NCBI GenBank assembly: GCA_965153455.1
Contig: OZ234493.1
Coordinates: forward strand, 12,514,213 to 12,578,212
DNA from: Sphagnum compactum
Lineage: Eukaryota
DNA length: 64,000 nucleotides
Direction: 5' to 3'
A program made the translations under genes and the position numbers. The notes beneath the pieces are model-generated. The model was given only the letters and a program-made list of their open reading frames with translations, made no database searches and was not told the origin of the DNA. Positions 48,880 through 64,000 of this stretch are shown here, one piece after another (the first letter of the stretch is position 1; each line of letters starts with the position of its first letter).

Positions 48880-51800
48880 TTACAATTGGCATGCGACTCA
48901 TTAGTCCAATTCTTCATCACAACAATAAATCAATCCACGTTCTCTACTTGTACATAAGCGGTAGTTCCTTAAGATTGTCAACATCTTAATAGGACTAAAC
49001 AATTCTTCAATTTCTATTTGTGAACCTAGGATTTCAAGATTTGTTTTTGCAAAGAAACCCACTTCAAAAAGTGGCCCTCATGGATGCACCACCAAGCTAT
49101 GGATTTGCACATATAAATGAAGGAATAAAAAACTCACAAACAAAAATAAATTTTCAAGTGACTAGTGCTTCAAAAGGTTCTTAAATCAAAGCCCCCACGC
49201 CAAACATATTTTCTTCAAGATTTGGTCTTGCAACATCAATTGTTGCTTGCAGTAGACACATTGGTAGTAGGGTTCAATTAATCAAAACACGTAATCAAAA
49301 GAGGAATGAAAACCTCAACTTCATATTCAGATGCCAAGTAGATTACATTCCCACATCCCACCAAGTTATCCACAAGGCACAAAACCTTGAACTATGGATT
49401 CAACATGATAACCATCATGTTGTGAACTTGTCATGCATCAAAAGAATTCAAAAAATTCTCAAAATTGTTTGATCACCTTTATAACCTCTAATAACATATT
49501 TTTGTGGAGAAGGAAAATTTCAATTTCAAAGATGTTAAAAAAATTAGGCTTGTTAAAAAGCTACAATAACTCAATTTCCATGTTCATAATAAGTGTAATA
49601 GTTGTTCATGTTGAATCATGTTGTGAAGAAATTAATCAAAGGGCTTTAGGTATTTTTTGTTGTAAAACCACAAATTTCTACCTACCATAACAAATTATCA
49701 TGACATTTTTAAACTCAAAAGTTTCTTCAAATAGAAAGACCTTGTTGGTGAATTTGGTCTTCATGGGAGTTTTTAATTTTTGATGTTATATTCCACTCTT
49801 GCTTTTTTTCCCCCAAAATCTTGGGTCTAGGCAATGGTTTTTCATAAACCAATATAAGTTTCTTTTATACTTACATTTTTCAACTGAATAAAGACATTGT
49901 CATCATTTGTAGCATATTGACAAGCCTTAGACATCACATGTTCAAAACATATATATTCATAAACCTTAAGAATTTTCAAAGGTCCATAGTTAATGATGGA
50001 ATGTATCGTTGTTGCCATAATTGTCAAATTGGGTGCAAATGGGATACAATGAGCCAATGGGATTACTGGAAAAAATAATTGCATGTATTTTTTACTCAAA
50101 AAAACTTTTTCATATGAATGAATTTTGGAATAAGTTTTTTTGCAACTTGTTATAATAAATGCTTAAGGTTGTCCAAATACATGACATGATTTTTTTCATC
50201 ATTTTTTAATAAATATAAATTTTCGAAAGTTTCATGATTCCTTGTAAATTCATTTTTTTGTCTTTAAAAATGATAATAATTTCAAATCATAATTTTTTTT
50301 CTTTTTTTATTTACATTTTTATTTTTTTTTGTATGGTAAATTATAGTTTTTCTTAACACATCATGTACATTTTACCCCATTTGTGTGGAAAAGGACTTTT
50401 GAAGTTTTAAAATTCTGGATCAATTTTGGAAAGTTCTTTGAATTTTTATAGTTTTGACAGTTCCACATATCTTTAGGTACGAGTGTTTTTTTAATGTGGT
50501 TAATAGGTCTTTATCCTTTTAAGTTTTTCCCCATCAAATGTGATTTATTATATGGATCCTTTTGATAATCTTTTGCAAAATTGACTACTATCCGACACAA
50601 TCCTGTTCAAATTTAGAGGTCCTAAATCAAAACTTAAAACTTAAAATTTCATCAAATGGATTTTTGGTTTGAATTCTTTAACATTCATATAAATGGACAA
50701 AAATAACTTGCCATGATTGCCATGGCTTTAAATGGCAAAACATAAATATTTATCAAATTTTGACTGTTTTTCTTTGCAGTCCAACGCCCTTTTTTGGCTC
50801 GTTGGATTGTAACTACACCAAATTAGTGACTTCATCCTTTACAAATACAAGTACTCAGTGCAACAAACTAAACTTCTCTAACAAAGATTAACATTATAAG
50901 GCCATGGATTGTTTAGTTGTTTTGTTCACTTCAAGTAACCCCATTAATTAATGTATGGGCACCCAAATTTCACTCAAATAAAATCAATAAGAAAAGCAAA
51001 GTGTATCAGCACCACCATGAAACATTTAAAAATCAAAATTAATAAAAACTATTGTTGTAGATGTAAGATTTGATAAAATATGTGATTCCATTGTTTTCTT
51101 GACCATGGCATGCAACATTTTTTCCATAAAAGAAGATTTAAAAAAATATTTAACATGAAGGTATTGGCATAAAACTAACTTTTGGAGTTAATTGTTATCA
51201 CAAATGGACAAAGACATTTAACCCTTGGAATTATAGAACATTAAATCCTCATAAACTATTACTAAATATCATCATTTTTGGGGTAAGGGTTTGTGCCACT
51301 AAAAAATGTAGTAATTGCATAGCAAGATGGACTTGTCCTTTTATTTTTTAATTGCTAAATATCTGTAGCAAGATTTACCACCTGTTCCTTGAATTGTTGT
51401 TTTCTTCGAGCAAACAACTTTGGATGTGCAATTTGCACATAAGTATTCATAAGAGTTATACCATTAACTTTGTTTTATTTAATTAAACCCTTGCAAAAAT
51501 TATATATGGGTACATTAAAAAATCACCAAATGTTTGTTCAAATTTACAAATTATTCACCAAATCCACATGTTGCTTGTCATTAATGATAAAAAAATCCCT
51601 AACAGATAAACATATGATTATGAGGTATCCAAACTGTAGTTTATTCTCATCACAAGTTTTGAAAACATCAATGTTTGTCATGTTGCCAAATTGTAGATGC
51701 ACATTCTCAACATTTGAAACTAATGGGGACCACATTTGAATGAGGGCAAGTGATGGAATATTTTCATCAACTCCACCCACATTTTCAATAAAACAACAAT
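48880..51800 (-). mobile_element. Degenerate hAT-family DNA transposase remnant
   Basis: Fragments VFVKDEVTNL (~50850), CFEHVMSKACQYATNDD (~49950) and C-terminal dimerisation-like IAWWCIHEG (~49100) ... QVENVD*FIVVMKNW (~48950); riddled with stops. Confidence 0.7.
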
Positions 51801-54800
51801 TTTCCTCTTTAACCATTGAACACAAAAAAAAAGACACAAGAAAATAAAACAAACATTCAAGGAACCTTTCAAACTCCCAAAAACAAAAAAAAATACAAAA
51901 TGATAAAGAGCTTACTTTTGTTGCAAAATTTTGTTGATTTGCCAAACAATGATGCTATAAAATGTTTTCAATTCATTAAGCAACAAAACCAACCCAATGC
52001 CTCCTGATTTGTTGAACAACAAAACAACGATGATGCTTTTTGATTCATCGAACAATGATGTTATTTGTGGATTTGTTGAAAAATGAAATCAAACTAGTGC
52101 TTCTCGATTGTCAAGCACTGAAACAAAGAAAATGCCTCTTGATTCATTATATAACAAAACCAAACCAATACCTTCCAATTGGTTGAACAATAAACCCAAA
52201 TCTGACAATTGAATTTTCATAATTTGATAAGTAACATAATCCAAAGCCAAAGCAAAACCCTCCCAATTCGTTAAACAACGAAACCAAGACAACAAGTATA
52301 CCCAAAAAAAAAAGAATACAAAACACAATTAAAAAAAAAACCAAAGTGTTTTTGGATTCTAGACCAAAAACTTACATGATTAGAAACACAAAACCCATTG
52401 CAAAAACAATACTTTTGTTGTGAAACTTCAAACAAACAAGAAATGAAGCACTACAATAAGAAATGAAATGATTGATTCTTGCAAAGTTCACCCCAAAAAA
52501 CAAAAAAAACCCATTGTTGCAAAAAAGTTCAAAAGCAAGAACATATCAAATATGAAACACCCAGTGCTATGAGAAGTTCAATGCAAAGTTTTGAAATTGA
52601 CTTAAAAATAATCTTATCGAAAGTGCAAAATGCAAAGTGCAAAGGTGCAAAACAAAGTGCCAAAAAGGATATTGCGATGGGTTTTCCTTCAACCCTAAAT
52701 GACCCAAACCCTAAATAAAATGCATATTTGGTTTTTTCAAAACCCTAATGAGTTGGATATCAATTTTTAAAAACATAATGGCCAAATATGACTACATATA
52801 AGTTTCATACATATAAGGACAACTAATGGTTGTATATAGAGCCAATATTGATAAGTTAAAATCCAAATATGGATGAATACTCATTTGGCTACAATCTGGA
52901 TGCATAAACAAAAACTTATATATAATAGCCAAACATTGGTTTTTACTACCTACTAACCCTAAGTTGTCAAAGATAAATAGTAAAAAAAGCAATTGGGCTA
53001 AACAATTATCATCCATCCTTCATGGTGCGCTGGTGGGCACTCATTATGGTTGTAAGCTCCTGATACTTAGGGTTACCACAATGGGGAGCTTTAACTACAC
53101 AAGTTACCAAACCAAGGTACATGGCTTTATGTTTTTATCATCCCTCATGATTTTGTTCAAAGTTTAAACTTACATACGAGGTAGAGGTTATTATTGGATG
53201 AGTCCTTAGTTGGCTATGTGCCCATAGGGAAGAGACTACACATTAGTGCAAGATTTGGGAATAATACAATTTTGGGTCAATTCAGAACAAAGGTGCCAAT
53301 GACAACTATGCATCTAATGGCATGGGCATTTAGAAGTGCCCCATAAAAGTGCATGCATGCATAAGAGGAATTCTAAATCCATTCAAATGGATGTTTTAGT
53401 TTGAACCTCTCCCTTGGGTAAATGGGCAAAGCCATTATGCGCCAAGCTTGCTTGTTATTTCCTATACAGGAACACATGTTTGTTATTACTTTGCAATATA
53501 TCCATGCAAGTAAGTAGCAGTGCTGCAATAGCTATGACCTTAGTGCTAATGAGGAGAGAGACACATCAAATAGCAACTTTATGATTGGTGATGGTCAGCC
53601 CCCACTTTTTTTTGCTGGCCATGTATAGCCGAAAAGAGAAATTAACAATTAAAAGTGCTAAAATCAAGTGCTTTTTTGAGAATTTCAATAGCCAGAATTC
53701 AACCTTAATTCAAGAAAAAACCATCAATTTTTCTTTACATAGTTCAAGAAGGGTAGCCAAATATATATAGAAGGATGTTTTAAAATGATTACTTTCATAT
53801 TTAGCTTGTAGCGAAAAATGGCTAAATCTTCCGATGGATGATTACCAATTTGGCTACATCACAAAAATTGACCCCAAAAATTTAAAATAAAAAAACATTG
53901 TTGATGATGCCCTTTCACGATAAGGTTTAAAGGGTGAATTGATCACAAACTTCCACAACAATCTGGTCAAGAATGAGAATGAATGTGAGTGGAGTGCTGT
54001 TGTTTGCTGTGTAGATTTGTAGATACTGACTTTCTCTGCAATTGTCTTCGTCTTCTTCTTCTTCTTCTTGTGTGTTGCTTGAACAAATGAAAAAAATGTA
54101 GCCTATTGCCAGGGGTTTTTGAACCATCATCTCTTTTGTCTTTTGGGAAATTAATTTTAGGGCTGGAGTGCAGTGTAGAGAACTTCATTCTAGGTGTCTC
54201 TGTGACAGTTTTTCTACCGTGTGAAAATGCAGCAAATGTTTATGAGAAATGTTTGTTTGTTTTTTGTTTTCCTTCAAGAATTTGACAAATGTTTTCTATA
54301 GAAGCAGCGAGTGAGTTTGTGGCTGAATATTCCTTTTATTATTAAATTTTGAGGTTGAAAATTTGCAAAAAAATTATACTCTTTCTTTGCAATGAAATTT
54401 TCCATTTGTTTCCCAAAAAAAAGAAAAGTTGCCAAAAATCATGGCCAAAAAAAATCACTTTACAAAGGAACTTCCTCCATCACCCAATAATGTCAAGTGT
54501 TTCATTCAATCAGAATGAACAATTTCTGTTGATTAGGAGCTGCTTCCAGAGTGGGAATATATGTCACAGCCCAGTTGCAAACGTATGTATATAGTGGGAA
54601 AAGGATCGATACCTGCTTGCCCTTGCATAAAACACTTGTAATTATTTTTGTTTACCTATTTGGGTGTACAAATCAAAGATTCTGTATTTATTTAAAATAC
54701 AGCTCAATGAAAATAGTTCTTGTGTATTTTCTAGTACAATAAACTTACCACTACCCTCCAAAGAACAAGTGTTGCCATTGTCGGGTATAAACAAATTAGC

Positions 54801-55789
54801 CTATGTGTGCTCAAGAATTGAATCATTGTGTGAAAACTTGCGCATTAGTTAGTGTGTTTTATTTTTCATTCTAGTACATGCTTAATTGTAGCTTTACACA
54901 TACAACAATGATGATAGCATTTGAATATTTGTATATCTTTGCAAAGTCTCTTATATGTGTAATGGCAATTCTACCATCCACCTTGTTATGGGGGGTTCTT
55001 TTTTTTTGGTTTGGATTTTCCTTGTGATACGCCACAACTAGAGTTGATTGTGAGAAATTTTTTACATTAAAAAAAGTTTAAAAAATTGACAATTAGGATT
55101 TATCAAGTGACTCTAAACTCTAAAAGCTCCCATGCTCGAGCACCCATGTAGTAGGCCTAATACACACTTTTAGATTTGGCCACCTTCTAGCTAGCCTTTG
55201 TCGACGAGTAGTCTCTTTGTTGGCTCTACCAATTGGGGAAGAAGGGAGTACGCATTCATTCGTGTAGGATTTGGGCATAAATGTGGGCTTGAACTTCACC
55301 CAATGTGTGAACAACAACATCTGGAGTACTATGTATGCATTCATCCATGTTCCATAGTCTTTTGTTTGAACATGAGCTGCTCGTTTGTCTTCCCCGGCCC
55401 CCATCCTCTCCTTTATTTTTTGGTCCCCTTAAATCCTCAAAAGGATACTACAAAGTTTTTAAAAAATAAAATAAAATAATTATTGTTTTAAAAAAAACTG
55501 CAAAGTTCATAGGTACATAGGTACACATGCCATCATCTTATATTAAATAACTAGTTGGTGGGCATCATCCTTCATGTTCCCCACATTTGTTGTGATGGGC
55601 CAATTTTAAGAAATCCCCTCATAGTGTGGATGGAAAACTTACACATCCCTTTCAAAAACAATTGTGAATCAATTTCAATTTGTGCTGCAAAGATGGTGTA
55701 ATTTATTATTGTCCATCGTTGAAATTGAGTGACACATTAAGACTTGTGGGTACAATAATATGACCATTTTATAATACCATGACATATTA

Positions 55790-56205
55790 GAGTATTCCGT
55801 AAAAAAGTCTGGAAAACACAGCACCAGAACCCTGAGTTTGGTCCAAAACCGGGTGAGATTAAAAAACAACCTGCAAAAAAGTACAGTAGTCTTCAACAGG
55901 GGGTGAAACTCCGAAATGCACCATTTTCTTGTGCTAAACTGAGTTTCATTTCATCCTGGTTTGACCCCCTCTTTCCTTTTTCTTGAGCACCTCCACTGCT
56001 GGCTGCTTCATATATTTTCACTGATCCTCCTGTACAACTACTATAATTACCTCGAACCTTGCATTAAATGCTGAGTTTCAACATTTCATACCCAGATTTA
56101 ATAAAACTTCCTTATGTACTTGGCGGACCTCACTCAAAAGAGGGGATAGGGGGTGAAAGGAGGCCCAAAGACAGGGTGAAGACAAGATGACTTCAAGGAA
56201 AACTC
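55790..56205. mobile_element. Diverged inverted copy of the 22742-23110 MITE family
   Basis: AAGAGGGGATAGGGGGTGAAAGGAGGCCCAAAGACAGGGTGA and CCTGTACAACT.CTATAATTAC..CGAACCTTG are reverse complements of internal blocks of the first copy; degenerate GAGT...ACTC ends. Confidence 0.75.
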
Positions 56206-56370
56206 TGTTAGTACTACCTATTCAAGACAAGAAACATTTTGTTTGTTTTGTCTGTTTTGTCAGGGCCAGATCTCCCAAACTACAGGCCTTCCCTGCTGCT
56301 TTTTGGTTTTATTGAAAAGCCCTCACTGAGTAGAGTAAGGGCGCACTGAGGTGACTCCATAATGCCTTAA

Positions 56371-56706
56371 GACCACTTTAGATTGGGGGTCCCGGGTCTA
56401 AATTCCTAGGAACCAATTTGGACTAATTTGGAGCAAATTGAATTCTTGAGTTGAACCATGCCTTGGATCCTAGCTTGCATGTGGGTTTCCCAAATCATGA
56501 GCTCTTCTTTTTAGCTCTTTATTTTTTTTGGTCTGAACCAATTGAACTTCCCTCCAAAATTGTGCCATGTAGGTTTAGCCTCGAATTGAAATATTTTGGT
56601 CTTTGGACCCCATCTAAAGGCCCATGGGTCCAATTTCTGGCTCTCAACCAATAGGGTTGCTCTATTTCAATGGACCCATGGTGGCTCATCTCATCTAAAG
56701 TGGCTC
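56371..56706. mobile_element. MITE, ~336 bp, Tourist/PIF-Harbinger-like
   Basis: Ends GACCACTTTAGAT ... ATCTAAAGTGGCTC (inverted, one indel) flanked by TAA and TTA. Confidence 0.6.
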
Positions 56707-59370
56707 TTAGACTTGCAATCAGAGATTTTCTTCTTTATTTTGTGAGGTAGGCTAGATGGACTGGTGACCATCCATAAGAGTAATTATATTAAATTTGGCC
56801 ACAAGTAAGAGAGGAAAGGAAAATAAATTTGGAACCCTACTTCCAACTACTTCCCCCATCCTAGTAGTAAGGAAGGTAATTTGTTTGTTTCAATTTGTCA
56901 CATTAAAATTCTCTCCCAAACCATGCACCCCACCCCTCCTCCCCCTCTCCCTCACTCTTGGTATTTTTGATAAGCCCTGAATTAGTTCAAGGTGATTGTG
57001 TTTAAACCTTGGGTGTAAAAGGTATGGAATTTTGAGAATAATTTTGTCATTGAAAATCCAATACAACTAAATTTAAGCATAAATTTTAAGGGGGCACACA
57101 CTCTTGTTGATATTGTTGGGAAACCGCTCAATGAGTAGGGGTTGCATGGAGATGATTTTGTAACTTCTCCGACTTGTGATGCAAGGGATATTGAATTTTG
57201 AGTAATTTGGTCTTTGAAAATTCAGGAAATATCAAAAATGACATTGGATTTCCAACATAGGGTTAATGAAGGTGTAACATTTTGCCATTTCAAAACTCAA
57301 TTCAATAATAGGATCTGTGGTCAACATATGTAAATGTCATGCTAGTTATGTGTAATGTAGTTTTTCATTTGAATTTGAAAACAACCTTTCAAGGAAAAGA
57401 AAAAAAAGAATTTGAAAACTAAAAAAAAAATTGAAAAAACAAATTTTGGGGTGAAATTTTGTCACTTGGTAACGGCAAAAATGGACATGCAAAGGGGCTA
57501 AAAGATTGTTTTTGGACAAAATTGCACAAATTTTACCAAATTTCAACCTGAAAAATATTAATTTAACCTGCACAAAGGATCTTTCATGAAAAAAAAGGCT
57601 CAAAATTCACCAGATTTTCTAAGAATTTTTTTTTCCAAATTGCCAGATTTGTACGATAAGTTCCAGTACGTAGCCAAGATTATACAAGCATTTTTTGTCT
57701 ACTTTCATATCTAGTATGTAGCCAAATCTGGCTAAATCATCTTATGGATGAATGGCCATTCAGCTGCATCACAAAATTGAAAAAAAAACAAAAAATAAAA
57801 AAACCCTGGAACATTTACATATGAATGATGATCATAATGACTAATCATCATAATTAATGTGTGTTGGAATTTAGTGTGTGCTTCAAAATTACATGTGCAA
57901 TCAAACATATATTCCATGCAATTGTTCAATGGATTCTGTCCATTTGTGTCAAATAAAGTAAAATAAAATAAAATAGTTTTGACCCACATTGATATACGTG
58001 CAAACGACTCAAAAACAAAGATCATAAAATGGTTCAAAATGGAGGTTCATTAGGGTAGGTGGGTAGAGCAAGCAAATAGGAAGAAGCACACATGGGAAAA
58101 AAGGAGGGGATTAGAACCCACTGAAATCAGCAAGTAGGTAGGTATGTATGTGTTTACCAGTCAGTGTATGAGAAAGACCAAAACAAATCTTTGATTCCCT
58201 AGCTCTTCAACAGCAGCATTTGATTTCCTTCTTCCTACCACAACAAACAAAAAACCAAGAATTTAAAAGAAAACTTTACCTTTCTCTCCTCCCCATCTAG
58301 CCTACCTCTATCTTTGTTCTGAAGTGGGCTGTGAAAACAAAAGATTTGTTGTGAAGTGGGTTGTGCAAACAATTAAAACTGACTTACTATTTTTGCAATC
58401 TGGGCCCACTCTCCTCCCCTTTACCCATCTGATCAACTGCTGCAGTCCATGTGCAGTGCCACAGTCTCCACTTACTGATGTGAGAGAAGAGCCAGCTAAT
58501 TATCAGCTACTTAGTACTAGCTCCTCCTCATCCTACTCTTTCTCTCCTGGCAAAGTACCAGGTACTACTCCCCTTCCCCACAAGCTTTGCTCTTGTCAGG
58601 AGTAAAAGCATATACTGTGTGAGACACATCCATTCAACTCAGTTACTAGGGTACCCTAGGTACTCTACCCCACAAACTCTGCTCTTTTCAGGAGTAAAAA
58701 GCATATACTCCTTCGACTCAGTTGCTACTACTACTGCTACTACTACTACTCCATTGCATGGCAAGGCAAAGAGCTCAGTATGTTTCCTATATGTATAGGA
58801 TAGAAAGACGGTAGAGTTTGCAGTCTACCAGCTGATGGATTGTGTACCCATTTTGCAATTTCCTTTTCTTTATGGTTTGTTGTTGTGTTATCTGATTAGT
58901 TTTTTTGTACCCAGCTGCATGGACAAGAAGAAAGAGAATGTTTCTCATTTGGAGATATAATGAAAAGAGCTGTGTTTGTTTATTAGGTCTTATTTTAGTG
59001 GAGCTTCACAATGAGTAGTGCCATTTTGCAAGCATTTTGTAAGCATGACATCATTGGGTGCTTCCAAGCTCGTGTGATAAGCTTACCAATGTGGAGAGCT
59101 TGGCTTGTCAAATGTGAGACCCCTGTGAAAGATCAGCTGGGTGTTGTAGAGAGAGAGCGACTCATGATCAGCTGTCAAGCGGTCCAGGACACCTGCAAAA
59201 AGATCTGAAGAAGGACAGAATACAGGAAATAAGTAAGTGAGTACCCACTTTACCCCAGAGAAGAAGATTGGCCCAGGATCTTACAGTGAAGCTGGAGGAA
59301 GAAGGTTGAAGGAACTGCACCAAGGAATTGGTGTACCCATTTGCAAAGAATAGGAAAGGAAAGGGAACAC

Positions 59371-64000
<4,630 letters not shown>

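Overview
Eukaryotic, intron-rich land-plant nuclear DNA. It is most likely a bryophyte such as peat moss (Sphagnum); this is inferred from gene structures and recalled repeat character, not from a search. Intact spliced genes: mitochondrial-type GrpE (-), a small conserved 94-aa plant protein (-), a MEKK-type MAPKKK (-), a DCAF8-like WD40 protein (+) and a NIMA-related NEK kinase (+, runs off the window). Broken genes: a CBS-CBS-PB1 pseudogene, an orphan first exon of an ABHD18-like hydrolase, and a 651-bp inverted, 5'-truncated, stop-containing copy of the 94-aa gene. Mobile DNA: degenerate Ty3/Gypsy and hAT remnants, a Helitron-type 3' end and several MITE-like repeats. The most unusual region is about 11.7-19.5 kb, an unclassified composite element with no recognisable transposase. 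It contains an array of roughly 25-28 palindromic hairpin units, a degenerate spliced gene (12-aa repeat exon plus a C2H2 zinc finger), a terminator-like hairpin, and four minisatellite arrays sharing one core motif (TGCAATACCYGCAY) in both orientations. Exon boundaries were read by eye and may be off by a few bases; TE boundaries are approximate.
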